A DNA stretch of 40,949 bases from Candidatus Heimdallarchaeota archaeon. Its GTDB lineage: Archaea > Asgardarchaeota > Heimdallarchaeia > JABLTI01. The DNA lies in the NCBI GenBank assembly GCA_019056785.1, contig DXJV01000076.1:1-40949 (forward strand). The letters run 5' to 3'. The notes below the pieces were generated by a model. That model did not search any database and was not told the DNA's origin. It saw only the letters and a list, made by a program, of their open reading frames with translations. The position numbers and the translations under genes were made by a program. This document shows, piece by piece, positions 17,007 to 26,675 of this stretch (position 1 is its first letter; every line of letters begins with the position of its first letter).

Positions 17007-18206
17007 TTGAAATTGAAACAAACGGAAAGAGTTCAAACATTGGAGTATGCCATTCGAGATGTGAGTGCGGAAGCCCGAAAACTAGTCGCACAAGGAAAGG
17101 AATTGATCTGGCTAAATATTGGGGACCCGAATAAATTCGACTTTGCAACACCACCAAATATTGTGGAAGCTTTTATCAAAGCAGCTTCTACAAACAAGAG
17201 TTTTTACTCAGAGTCTCAAGGAATAGTCCCGCTGCGAGAAGCCATTGTTGAAAAGGAAAAGAAAATTAATGGCGCGAAAAATCTCACAATTGATGACGTG
17301 CATGTCACTGCAGGGATATCAGAAGGAATCATGTTTCTCTTCGGGTCTATGCTCTCGCCAGGAGATGAAGTTCTTATTCCTGGACCATCTTATCCTTCCT
17401 ATTCTGCCTTCCCCAAATTTTATGATGCAAAGGCAATAACTTATCGAACCATCAGCGACGACAATTGGCAGCCAGATGAAGATGACATCCGGAAAAAAGT
17501 CACACCAAAAACAAAAGCAATTCTCATAATAAATCCCAATAACCCCACCGGAGCGGTTTATCGTGAAAAGGAGTTGAAAAACATTGTCGATATCGCCGGC
17601 GAATTTGATTTGCCTATTATTGCTGATGAGATCTACGACCGGCTAACCCTCGACCAAAAATTCATTGGAATGCCTTCTATTGCTAAAGACGTCCCGCTAT
17701 TTATGATGAACGGCTTTTCAAAGGTTTACTTGATGCCTGGGTGGCGAGTTGGTTATTGTTACATCCAGGACCCCGAGGACAAAATTCGAGACATTTTTAA
17801 TGGGATAATCAAACTCGGAAGATTACGTCTCTGTGTCAACACGCCAGCACAATACGGTTGTGTTGAAGCTCTCACAGGCCCACAAGACCATATAAAGGAA
17901 ACCGTCGCAAAACTGCGAAAACGGCGCGACCTCATTTATAAACGTTTGAATGAAATAGATAGGATTTCAACAGAAAAACCTGAGGCAGCCTTCTACATTT
18001 TTCCAAAGATTGAAAACTTGGGAAAATATTCTTCTGACAAAGAGTTCGTTTTAGCACTTCTCCGCGAAGAAGGTGTTGTCTCTGTTTTTGGAAGCGGTTT
18101 TGATAAGGTCTATGGGAAGGGCCATCTTCGTTTAGTTTTCCTATCGCCAGAAAAAATTATCGAAGATGCTATGGACCGCCTCGAACGGTTCATGAAGCGT
18201 ATTTAG
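17007..18206 (+). CDS. PLP-dependent aminotransferase class I/II (alanine aminotransferase-like)
   Basis: LNIGDP, INPNNPTG, ADEIYD, NGFSKVYLMPGWRVG. Confidence 0.93.
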   Translation: MKLKQTERVQTLEYAIRDVSAEARKLVAQGKELIWLNIGDPNKFDFATPPNIVEAFIKAASTNKSFYSESQGIVPLREAIVEKEKKINGAKNLTIDDVHVTAGISEGIMFLFGSMLSPGDEVLIPGPSYPSYSAFPKFYDAKAITYRTISDDNWQPDEDDIRKKVTPKTKAILIINPNNPTGAVYREKELKNIVDIAGEFDLPIIADEIYDRLTLDQKFIGMPSIAKDVPLFMMNGFSKVYLMPGWRVGYCYIQDPEDKIRDIFNGIIKLGRLRLCVNTPAQYGCVEALTGPQDHIKETVAKLRKRRDLIYKRLNEIDRISTEKPEAAFYIFPKIENLGKYSSDKEFVLALLREEGVVSVFGSGFDKVYGKGHLRLVFLSPEKIIEDAMDRLERFMKRI

Positions 18207-18255
18207 ACGTACTTTATAATCGGCGTATTTTTTTTCGCCAATTTATCTTTTCTTT

Positions 18256-19530
18256 TTATTTCAGCCAATTAAAGATTGTCTGTAATTCCTCCTGTTGTTC
18301 GAGGAGATCATTATAGTCTGTGTTTAAGCGTGTTGCCACTTTCAACAAAATATCTCGAGTAAGGTTGGAACCAATTAACCGTTCAATAGCTGATTGTAAG
18401 ACTTTGAATAATTCCTCCAGGTTGTTTGCAATCTGGGTCAAATCACCTATTTGGCTAATGTATTTCTTGAGGTTATTTCGATCGAGGAAAAACTCGAATT
18501 GTTCACTAATAAGCCTTGCAAGTGTTTCATCCTTAATAACTAATAATGCATAGGTGTCTCTTTTTAAGCGCTCAAGCTCTCGGCGGTTTAACCAATTATC
18601 CACTTCATCATAAATTAATTGAAAGAGGTCATCAATGAATTCAAGAGAGCGAGTGAATTGGAAATCCTTTTTTTCCAAGACGAGTTTCCATTGAGGGAGG
18701 ATTTCAAGATATTTTTCAGAAACAAGTTTCTCAATGATCGTAATGCATTCAGCTTCTGTTATAGAACAATTTTCCTTTATCTCACAAAATACTTTTTGGT
18801 TGCCAATCAATGCGAGAATTTCCAGAGCGGGTTCACCGCCGATGGAGATAACTTCTTTGCGTTGCTCACTCTCGTTATCTAAAGCCTTTAGCCCTTTTCT
18901 TGTTAATTCGAGCACGGTCTTGTCGTTGATTTTGAAAAAGGTTCTAACTAAACCCACTTCTTCGAAATAGCCAATAATACTTTGTACGACATCAACACTA
19001 AGATCTAATTCTTCACTAATGGTATTAATATCGTTTTGCCCGTTAATTCGCGTGATAATAGCCCATTTTATATCGTCTAATTTTTTGGGCGCACGATCTG
19101 TATTAATTAGTTTAGGAATGTGATAGGGACTGATGGCTTTTGAAGTGATTAGTTGCTTAACTTTCTCTTCAAAAGCAGCAAAATCGCCGGCAAAGCCATT
19201 AAAATTCAGGATGTCTTTCTTATAATTCCGTTCAAATTCTCTGACAAGAATTTTCAATTTTTCTTTGAAGGAATAATCTTTACTGCTTAAAATTAACAAC
19301 CCCACAATTAATTCTCCCGGCTCGACTTGTAAAATAAAGTCCCCGCGGTCAATGTATTTCACCATTTCCTTTCCTTCAGACGGTTTCAATTCTTCTGCAA
19401 AAGTTATGACCGCTGTGATAAACCCTGAAATGAGCGTTGGATCCAGTTTAATGTCTTCTCTAAATCGGTGAGAAAATAACTGTACACCAGATTGCTTGTG
19501 AATAATTTGAAGTTCGTATGGGACAGTCAT
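18256..19530 (-). CDS. Longin-domain + winged-helix protein (NPRL2-like architecture)
   Basis: N-terminal longin-like domain (IIHKQSGVQLF...LISGFITAVITFAEEL...KLKILVREFERNY), followed by wHTH units (INGQNDINTISEELDLSVDVVQSIIGYFEEVGLV). Confidence 0.65.
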   Translation of the reverse strand: MTVPYELQIIHKQSGVQLFSHRFREDIKLDPTLISGFITAVITFAEELKPSEGKEMVKYIDRGDFILQVEPGELIVGLLILSSKDYSFKEKLKILVREFERNYKKDILNFNGFAGDFAAFEEKVKQLITSKAISPYHIPKLINTDRAPKKLDDIKWAIITRINGQNDINTISEELDLSVDVVQSIIGYFEEVGLVRTFFKINDKTVLELTRKGLKALDNESEQRKEVISIGGEPALEILALIGNQKVFCEIKENCSITEAECITIIEKLVSEKYLEILPQWKLVLEKKDFQFTRSLEFIDDLFQLIYDEVDNWLNRRELERLKRDTYALLVIKDETLARLISEQFEFFLDRNNLKKYISQIGDLTQIANNLEELFKVLQSAIERLIGSNLTRDILLKVATRLNTDYNDLLEQQEELQTIFNWLK

Positions 19531-19570
19531 TCTTTACCCTTCTTCTTTAAATAGTTTGTATTATTTGTGC

Positions 19571-19978
19571 TCATACATTTATCGGACCAATGTCTTCGCA
19601 ATTTCCGCAAACAATATCTTCTATCTTATCAGCATATTTTCGTAGCACTCGAATTGTCAAGCCCATAGAATTCAGCTCGAGAGAAGAGCCAATTAATATA
19701 TAGTCACCGGCGTTTGACAAGATCGTAAATCCTTTTTCTCCTCGGACAATGACCTCTAAGAGTTCACCGTGTTCATTGATAGAAACTGCCTGTTCCCCTG
19801 TCGAAAGAATAGCTGCAGAGATAGCGGATAATAAATCTGCATCTGCTCCTTTCTTCGCGAAAAATGATATCTTCATGCCTTCACGATTTACAACCGCGAG
19901 TGCCTCGAGGTCTGTAAACTCGCCAATTTCACGAAGAATCTGGTAAATCTGTTCTTGAACTTTTGGGTCGGTCGCCAT
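19571..19978 (-). CDS. Roadblock/LC7 (MglB/LAMTOR-like) protein
   Basis: LEALAVVNREGM...LLSAISAAILSTGEQA...GELLEVIVRGEKG...MGL. Confidence 0.9.
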   Translation of the reverse strand: MATDPKVQEQIYQILREIGEFTDLEALAVVNREGMKISFFAKKGADADLLSAISAAILSTGEQAVSINEHGELLEVIVRGEKGFTILSNAGDYILIGSSLELNSMGLTIRVLRKYADKIEDIVCGNCEDIGPINV

Positions 19979-20088
19979 GTACAATCTATCCTACTTAACA
20001 ATGAATAGCTAAGCTATCTTTAGATTTTGAAATTTAAATATATACCTTTATGGATAAAAAGCTGCCCACAAAATGATAAACATCACTT

Positions 20089-21528
20089 CTAATAAGCTGC
20101 GGCCACATAGACAACTTCTTTTGCTTCTTTTCCACAAACGATACATTTTCCAGCTGGCTTTTCTTTTATGTCTTCCCGTGTTCCTCGAATGTCCGCACCT
20201 GTTTCTTCTTTTATTTTCTCTGCGCATTCAATGTCGCCACACCAATTGACTCTACTGAATCCTCGTTTGGTATTTTGAATTTCTATAAGCTCTTCGTAAG
20301 TTTTTGGATGGGAAATGCTGTCCTCGAGTAGTTTGTCTGCGCGTTTTTGCAGATAGTCATTTATCTCTTTGAGAATTCGTTTGACTTCTTTTGTCACATC
20401 TTGGATCGCAATTGTTTCCTTATTAGTAGGTACAGGCTTATCTCGTCGTACAAGAACTAGTTGTTGGTTTTCAATATCGCGAGGGCCAATTTCAATGCGA
20501 ATAGGCACACCTCGAACTTCCCATTCATTAAACTTCCAACCCGGGGTGTATCCTTCGCGATCATCTAACTCGACTTTAAAACCTGCTTTCAATAACTTCT
20601 TTTTGAGTTTCTCACTTTCTTTGATGACCAACTCTTTTTGTCCTTTCTTATAAATAGGCACAATGACTACTTGAATGGGTGCAATGTAGGGGGGGATGAT
20701 CAATCCTTTCTCATCACCATGTAAACCAATAATCGCGGCAATAAGGCGTGTAGAAAGCCCATAGCAAGTTTGATAAACGAATTTGTTTTGTTTGTCTTTG
20801 TCTTGAAAAACAATCTCAAACGCTTTGCTGAATCCCTGCCCAAGATTATGGGTGGTACCTATTTGGAGTGTTCTTCCATCTGGGAGAGGACAGTCATACG
20901 CAATAGAGTAAATGGCACCGGCAAAGGTGTCATGTTTTGGTCTCCGGAGAATCAAGTAAGACATACAACAAAGCTTGTAAACAGCCTCATAGATTTTCAT
21001 TGATTCTCGTACCTGTCGCTCAGCATCTTCTGCTGTGGCATGACAGGTATGCCCTTCTGACCATAAAAATTCGCGGTCCCGTAAAAGGGGTTTTGTTTCT
21101 TTCGTGTCGAAACGAATGATATTACAGAATTGATTGATTTTGAACGGTAAATCCCCATGGCTTCGAATCCAGAGTCGGAACATATCATACATAATTGTTT
21201 CAGAAGTAGGGCGCAAAGCTAATTTCCGCTCGAGTTCTTTATCGCCCGCCCGGGTTACCCAGGCCACTTCAGGAACAAAGCCGTCAAAATGTTCTGCTTC
21301 TTTTTCAAGGTAATCTTCAGGAATGAATAGAGGAAAATAGGCGTTTTTATGCCCTGTTTTTTTCAACTCTGCATCAAGTTTTTTCGTAATTGATTCCCAA
21401 ATAGAATAACCATAAGGCATGATAACATTTGAACCTTTAACAGGGCTTCGATTGTCTACAATGTTTGCATAAGAAATGATTTCTGAATACCATTTAAGGA
21501 AGTTCTTTTTTTTGTCTGGAAGTTTCAT
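20089..21528 (-). CDS. proS: Proline--tRNA ligase (archaeal/eukaryotic type)
   Basis: LRPTSET, REFLWSEGHT, QIGTTHNLGQGF, PGWKFNEWE, a C-terminal Zn domain, and a terminal ...AAAY. Confidence 0.97.
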   Translation of the reverse strand: MKLPDKKKNFLKWYSEIISYANIVDNRSPVKGSNVIMPYGYSIWESITKKLDAELKKTGHKNAYFPLFIPEDYLEKEAEHFDGFVPEVAWVTRAGDKELERKLALRPTSETIMYDMFRLWIRSHGDLPFKINQFCNIIRFDTKETKPLLRDREFLWSEGHTCHATAEDAERQVRESMKIYEAVYKLCCMSYLILRRPKHDTFAGAIYSIAYDCPLPDGRTLQIGTTHNLGQGFSKAFEIVFQDKDKQNKFVYQTCYGLSTRLIAAIIGLHGDEKGLIIPPYIAPIQVVIVPIYKKGQKELVIKESEKLKKKLLKAGFKVELDDREGYTPGWKFNEWEVRGVPIRIEIGPRDIENQQLVLVRRDKPVPTNKETIAIQDVTKEVKRILKEINDYLQKRADKLLEDSISHPKTYEELIEIQNTKRGFSRVNWCGDIECAEKIKEETGADIRGTREDIKEKPAGKCIVCGKEAKEVVYVAAAY

Positions 21529-21617
21529 AAGCGAATAGTTTTCATCTTGAAATTAAATCTTTTCTTTTCTTTCATTCAAAAAAGGCTCAATTTATGCGAT
21601 TAAAAATGCTGCATTGT

Positions 21618-22406
21618 TTACTTTTGTTCTTCTTTTGACCGATGTAAACCTTTTCTCGCAACAACGAGAAATGCCGTAAAGTTTACAATTCTTGTCACCG
21701 GTCGAATTGCGCCGATCTTTGTGGTAAGGTCTCTCCGAATAACTTCAAAAGCCTCAATTTGCAGGAAATTTTCTTCAACCATCTTCACAATTGTTTTTTC
21801 TACCTGGATAAAAGTTGGGACAAACACGACCAAAACGCCCCCACCCATGAGCGACTTTCGGGCCGCACTAATAACATCCCAAGGATTTGGCAAATCTAAT
21901 ATCACAGCATCAACATCGAATTCATCGAAGCCTTCAGACACATCTCGTAATTTCAATTCAACAACATCTGCAAGGCCTAATTTATCGAGATTTTTTTTGG
22001 CGGTCCATTGGTGTTTCTCATTGATCTCATAAGAAAAGACCTTCCCATCGGGTTTGACATATCTCGCTAAGGCAGCAGTTAGACTACCACTTCCTGTACC
22101 GGCCTCAATAACTCGAGTGCCACTACAAACACCGGCTACAAAAATAATCTGAGCAATATCAGTCTGATAGATTATCTGTGTTGAATGAGCAATAGCTCCA
22201 GAATAATCACAAGGTAAAGGTTTCCATAAATAGAAAATGGCTCCTTTGTTATTCTCAATTCGTTCGCCAAATTCGCGACCAATTAAATCGTTGAATTTAA
22301 TCGAGCCTTTGTGGGTGTGAAATTCTTTGTCAACCTCTACTTTTACCATCCATTTTTTTGTGGTAGAACTCGAAATGAGAACAAAATCGCCTTTCTTAAT
22401 TTTCAT
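21618..22406 (-). CDS. trmI: tRNA (adenine-N1)-methyltransferase TrmI/Trm61
   Basis: FHTHKG, TQIIY, EAGTGSGSL, ILDLPNPW. Confidence 0.93.
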   Translation of the reverse strand: MKIKKGDFVLISSSTTKKWMVKVEVDKEFHTHKGSIKFNDLIGREFGERIENNKGAIFYLWKPLPCDYSGAIAHSTQIIYQTDIAQIIFVAGVCSGTRVIEAGTGSGSLTAALARYVKPDGKVFSYEINEKHQWTAKKNLDKLGLADVVELKLRDVSEGFDEFDVDAVILDLPNPWDVISAARKSLMGGGVLVVFVPTFIQVEKTIVKMVEENFLQIEAFEVIRRDLTTKIGAIRPVTRIVNFTAFLVVARKGLHRSKEEQK

Positions 22407-22467
22407 ACACGCCAAACTCCTAATGTTGATAGCTCAAGAAGAGCTTTAATAATCCTTCCCCAAAAAC

Positions 22468-23322
22468 TTATTTTTTCTGTTCGAAGAGTCGAGAATATTC
22501 GTCAGTAATAATTGCTTTTAGAAACGTGCCATCAGAATAGCCAACGACCATTTTTGCGCCTACAATTGTTGTTGGTAATGATTGAACACCAAACTCTTTG
22601 GCCTGTTTACTATTCGCATCAACATCTATCACTTTAACCTCCAATGGGACCTCTGCAGAGAAACTTTGGATTTTATCAAGAAGAGGTGGGCACCATTCAC
22701 AATCTTTACTTGAGAAAAAGATAATTGGTAAACGCTCATCTACAAAGGCACCTTTAAAATCAACCCACTGCTTAACTGGAGAGCCAAATTTTCCATTCCA
22801 TTCTAATAACATTTTTGCGAGCATTGAGAAAATATCCGAAACATTTGCGCCGGTTTTGGCACTTGCAAACACAATACCATTGAATTCTGAGCGGATGTCT
22901 AAGGAGGCCATTTTTTCCGAGATGGCATTCATATCATGTTTAAGATCAATCTTGTTAAAGAGAACAATCTTTGGGATTTTTCGGTTAATGACTTGCTCGA
23001 GACTATCATTCCAAACTTTAAGACTATCAATTGTTTCTGTCCGTGTTACATCGGTGACAAAAATTGCGGCGTCAGATTCAATAAGATAGCGAAAGGCGAA
23101 TTTTTTAAATGTCTCCTGGCCACCGATATCCCAAATCGTTAACCCCACATTTTTATTTGCAATCTGAATATAGCGCGTATAAATATTAAAGCCGAGTGTA
23201 GCAGCATATCGTTCTTCGAAGCGGTTATGAACGAAACGTTGAATGATGCTGGTTTTCCCTACATTGGGATTTCCTAGCACTACAATTTTTTGGCAGTCAA
23301 CAGAACCTAGCACTACACTCAC
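22468..23322 (-). CDS. Rab-like small GTPase fused to C-terminal thioredoxin domain
   Basis: GNPNVGKT, YAATLG, WDIGGQE, NKID, SAKTG. These are followed by FFSSKDCEWCP...IDVD...AKEFGVQSLPT (Trx CxxC and cis-Pro). Confidence 0.9.
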   Translation of the reverse strand: MSVVLGSVDCQKIVVLGNPNVGKTSIIQRFVHNRFEERYAATLGFNIYTRYIQIANKNVGLTIWDIGGQETFKKFAFRYLIESDAAIFVTDVTRTETIDSLKVWNDSLEQVINRKIPKIVLFNKIDLKHDMNAISEKMASLDIRSEFNGIVFASAKTGANVSDIFSMLAKMLLEWNGKFGSPVKQWVDFKGAFVDERLPIIFFSSKDCEWCPPLLDKIQSFSAEVPLEVKVIDVDANSKQAKEFGVQSLPTTIVGAKMVVGYSDGTFLKAIITDEYSRLFEQKK

Positions 23323-23412
23323 CAGAAACCTTTATCTGTTTTTTCAAAATAGTTTAATATTATGATTATCTGGGTATAATACTCTAATATACTTTTGTTT
23401 TGCGGAAAAGGT

Positions 23413-23775
23413 TTAGGTCTTTTTTTCAGATGGGGGTTTGATAACTTTGGCGCGTTTCCCGCGTTCGTTACAAAGAAGGCAGGTATAAAGAAGACGTGAA
23501 TGAGTACTGCTCTTCTTAAGTCGAACTCTTGCAGTAATGCCCGGATAAAGAAAGCTCTTACAATTTCTACAAAATCTTACGCGCCATTTAGGGGGGATTT
23601 TTACTCTTGCTTTCATTGCGATTTTTCGTGCAAGTTGCCCATATCGAAGAGCTAACTCTTGGTCTGTTTTATAGATGGCATCGGCTCGTGTCAGGAGGAT
23701 GGTAATGCGTTCCAAAGCGATTTTTTTTATTTTATTTTGTTCTCTTCTTCTTTTCAAGCTCATTCGATCAGACAC
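23413..23775 (-). CDS. rnp4: Ribonuclease P protein component 4 (Rpp21)
   Basis: IALERI..L, RYGQLARKIAMKARV, FCRNCKSFLYPG, CLLC. Confidence 0.93.
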   Translation of the reverse strand: MSDRMSLKRRREQNKIKKIALERITILLTRADAIYKTDQELALRYGQLARKIAMKARVKIPPKWRVRFCRNCKSFLYPGITARVRLKKSSTHSRLLYTCLLCNERGKRAKVIKPPSEKKT

Positions 23776-24024
23776 TCTACGCGCTTCTATTTTCCATTAG
23801 CAACAATTCCACTTGCAGGCGTATTAAAATTTTCCCCAAAAGGGCTTTTTTTCTGCATAGAACATTTTATTAATATTAAAGAGCGAAGAAAACGAAAGAT
23901 TAAAAATCTAAAAGATGCAGAACGCAAATTATTCTAAGAGGCAATCTATATAAAACCATTTTAAATGCTTCTTTATATAGTCCTCTTTCAATGGCAAATA
24001 TAACAAAATTAGTAGGGTTAAATC

Positions 24025-24465
24025 ATGCCAACAGTTTACGATGTTCCCCCAGCGGATTTAATCGAAGCTCTTTCAGCTGAACTCCAAAAATCAACAAAGA
24101 TAACTCCACCAGAATGGTCGGCGTATGTGAAAACAGGCTCCTTTAAGCAACATGCCCCGCAGGACCCGAATTGGTGGTATACACGTTGTGCTTCAGTACT
24201 CAGGAAAGTCTATCTGAATGGTCCTATCGGCGTGTCACATTTGCGGAAGGAATATGGCGGTTTGAAACACAGCTACAACCGACCTGAACATTTCAGGAGA
24301 GCAAGTGGTGCAATCATTCGCAAAGTTTTACAGCAACTAGAGGCAGAAGGATTGATTAGTTCCTCTCGGAAGGGGCGAACAATAACTGCAAAAGGTCGCT
24401 CTGTATTAGATAAACTTGCAACCAAAATCATTAAAGAAAAGTATCCTGAGTTGAAAAAATATTAA
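24025..24465 (+). CDS. rps19e: 30S ribosomal protein S19e
   Basis: TVYDVP, PPEWSAYVKTG, WWYTRCAS, IIRKVLQQLE. Confidence 0.97.
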   Translation: MPTVYDVPPADLIEALSAELQKSTKITPPEWSAYVKTGSFKQHAPQDPNWWYTRCASVLRKVYLNGPIGVSHLRKEYGGLKHSYNRPEHFRRASGAIIRKVLQQLEAEGLISSSRKGRTITAKGRSVLDKLATKIIKEKYPELKKY

Positions 24466-24505
24466 GTATTGAAAAGATAATAATATTAAGTAAGTCGTGA
24501 TAAAA

Positions 24506-24844
24506 ATGTCTGAAGATCCAGAGCTTGAAACATTACGGAAGAAACGAGCTGCTGAATTAGAAGCGCAAGCACAAGCGCAAGCAGAAGCAGCAGCTCAAAA
24601 AGCAGAAATTGATGCACAGAAAGCAATGATCTTACGACAAATCCTTACCCCCCAAGCACGAGATCGGCTTGCAAATATTAAAATTGCAAGGCCAGAATTT
24701 GCTGAGAGTTTAGAAAATCAGCTCATCTCTTTAGCATCTCGAGGAAACTTACGAGGACAAGTGACTGAAGAGCAATTGATTGAAATCCTGAAAAGACTCC
24801 AATCAGGCAAACGAGAAAGCACTATCGAATTTAAGCGGAAATAA
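24506..24844 (+). CDS. PDCD5-like DNA-binding protein
   Basis: DPELETLRKKR...ILRQILTPQARDRLANIKIARPE. It occupies the canonical position after rps19e. Confidence 0.93.
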   Translation: MSEDPELETLRKKRAAELEAQAQAQAEAAAQKAEIDAQKAMILRQILTPQARDRLANIKIARPEFAESLENQLISLASRGNLRGQVTEEQLIEILKRLQSGKRESTIEFKRK

Positions 24845-24884
24845 TTTGCCGTAAAAAAATAGCAAAAGGAAGAAGAAACGAAAA

Positions 24885-25040
24885 ATGACGAGAAATAAAC
24901 CTCTTGGGAAAAAACTCCGAATGAGTAAAGCAGCAAAACGAACAAATGGTGTTCCAACTTGGGTCGTGATGAAAACTTCAGGAAAAGTTCGACAACACCC
25001 GAAAAAACGCCACTGGCAAAGAAATAAAATGAAGGTTTAA
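24885..25040 (+). CDS. rpl39e: 50S ribosomal protein L39e (not in ORF track)
   Basis: Translated by hand as [51 protein letters not shown] (51 aa). It occupies the canonical position before rpl31e. Confidence 0.95.
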   Translation: MTRNKPLGKKLRMSKAAKRTNGVPTWVVMKTSGKVRQHPKKRHWQRNKMKV

Positions 25041-25069
25041 ATAACTCTCAAAAAAACCGAGGTAAGAAA

Positions 25070-25444
25070 ATGTCAGAAGAAGAAACAGTCGAGGAACGAA
25101 TTTATACGATTCCCTTTTATCCCAAACTAAAGCTTTCAACAAGAAATAAACGAGCCCCTCGAGCAATACGAATAATGAAAGAATTTATCTATCGGCACAT
25201 GAAGGCCGAAGATATCATTATCGATTCGGAATTAAATGAATATATTTGGGCTCGAGGAATTCAAAAGCCCCCACGAAAAGTACGCGTACGAGCAATAAAA
25301 GACGAGGAAGGAATCGTCGAATTATATCTCGTCGAAAAGAAAGTTGCTACGGAAGCACGCGTCCCAGAAATTCGTCGCCGACCTGGGCGTGGAGAATTAC
25401 GTCCTCCCGAAGAAGAGGATATCGAAGAGGAAGAAGACGCTTAA
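25070..25444 (+). CDS. rpl31e: 50S ribosomal protein L31e
   Basis: ERIYTIP, RAPRAI, RHMK, LNEYIWARGIQKPPRKVRV. Confidence 0.96.
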   Translation: MSEEETVEERIYTIPFYPKLKLSTRNKRAPRAIRIMKEFIYRHMKAEDIIIDSELNEYIWARGIQKPPRKVRVRAIKDEEGIVELYLVEKKVATEARVPEIRRRPGRGELRPPEEEDIEEEEDA

Positions 25445-25603
25445 GTCTTTTTTCCATCGCTCCTTTTTTTCTTTCTTTCAATTTTCACAGTTAAAAGCGC
25501 CTTAACCATTTTTTGTGTCTCTTACTCATTTTTGAGTAAAACAAAAATCATTATTTAATTATGCTAATAAAGAAACTAGCTAAATGGACTTACGCATTTA
25601 CGG

Positions 25604-26425
25604 TTGATCTTTATGAACTCGGCATCAAAAAATGAAAAAATAGACATTGAGGAAGTCGACCTAAGCAGACTTGAGGTTGAAGACGAGGAAGAAGAGGCTC
25701 CTCTCACTACTTTAAAAACAACGGAAAAGTTGCCTGAATTGAAAGAATATTCGGGAAAAAACATTGCTGTGCAGGTCGCCGCCGGAGCAATCTTGGGCTC
25801 GTTAAGTATTATTATCGGGTTCTCTTGGGATGCAATTGTAGAACGAATGGGCGGCTTTGGCCCTGCTTTCGCACCGGGGATGACCTGGATTGACTTCTTA
25901 GCCATTCCAATTTTGGTCGCTTTTCTCGTTTTTGGCCTTCTAAGTGGTTTCATTGCTGCAGTCATAGGCTGTGGTGCCATTGCCTTTTATCTTTCAGAAG
26001 CATTTGGTTGGTTAGCAATGATTCCAAAGTTCCTTGCAACAGCGTCGATGTTCTTCTTTCCATGGCTTGTCTTGAAAATAATGCATCGGCTTGCAAAACG
26101 AACTGAAAAGCAATTTTTCAAGAGGTTCCCCCTTTCTTCTGAAGCATTTAAACCGGTATTAAATTATGTTTTCCTAATGTTAATCGCTATTTTTAGTAGA
26201 GCAATTGTAATGTTTATAGCTAATGTGTTTGTAATAGCACCGGTTTATTTGTGGCTATATTCAAATAAAACACAGTTTTCCACTGTTTTTACCAACCCTG
26301 TGTACTTTCTTACAGTGGGAGGAGGGTATGCTTCTTGGAATCTTGTCCAGGGCGTTTTTGATGCGCTTATCTCCTATTTAATTGTCTATCCAACAAATCT
26401 CTATAAACAGTATGCCACCTGGTGA
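25604..26425 (+). CDS. ECF transporter S-component-like membrane protein
   Basis: About 6 hydrophobic helices, IDFLAIPILVAFLVFG..SG, R..VMFIAN, and WNLVQG. It also has an acidic N-terminal extension. Confidence 0.65.
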   Translation: MIFMNSASKNEKIDIEEVDLSRLEVEDEEEEAPLTTLKTTEKLPELKEYSGKNIAVQVAAGAILGSLSIIIGFSWDAIVERMGGFGPAFAPGMTWIDFLAIPILVAFLVFGLLSGFIAAVIGCGAIAFYLSEAFGWLAMIPKFLATASMFFFPWLVLKIMHRLAKRTEKQFFKRFPLSSEAFKPVLNYVFLMLIAIFSRAIVMFIANVFVIAPVYLWLYSNKTQFSTVFTNPVYFLTVGGGYASWNLVQGVFDALISYLIVYPTNLYKQYATW

Positions 26426-26573
26426 GCATACCTTTCGCCCTTTTTTTCTCGCATTAATAAAATAAGAGCTTAAACTGAAAAATTCTTATAGTAGAACACA
26501 TAAGACTTTTTAGTTAGATTAAACTATGCTATATACTACCTATAATAATTCAAAATGTAGTGCGCATGCTGTA

Positions 26574-26623
26574 CCCTTAAATTAAGCTTGCGAACACCTC
26601 CAGTCAAAGCTTAATTTTTAGGG
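26574..26623. repeat. Inverted repeat upstream of the TFE-beta/RPC34-like gene
   Basis: Perfect 11-bp arms aaattaagctt (26579-26589) and aagcttaattt (26607-26617), extended by outer ccc/ggg, with a 17-nt loop. Confidence 0.6.
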
Positions 26624-26675
26624 CTTAAAATAAGAGAAATGAGTTTGTATCTGCTCAAAACGAAGGCCGTTTCCA

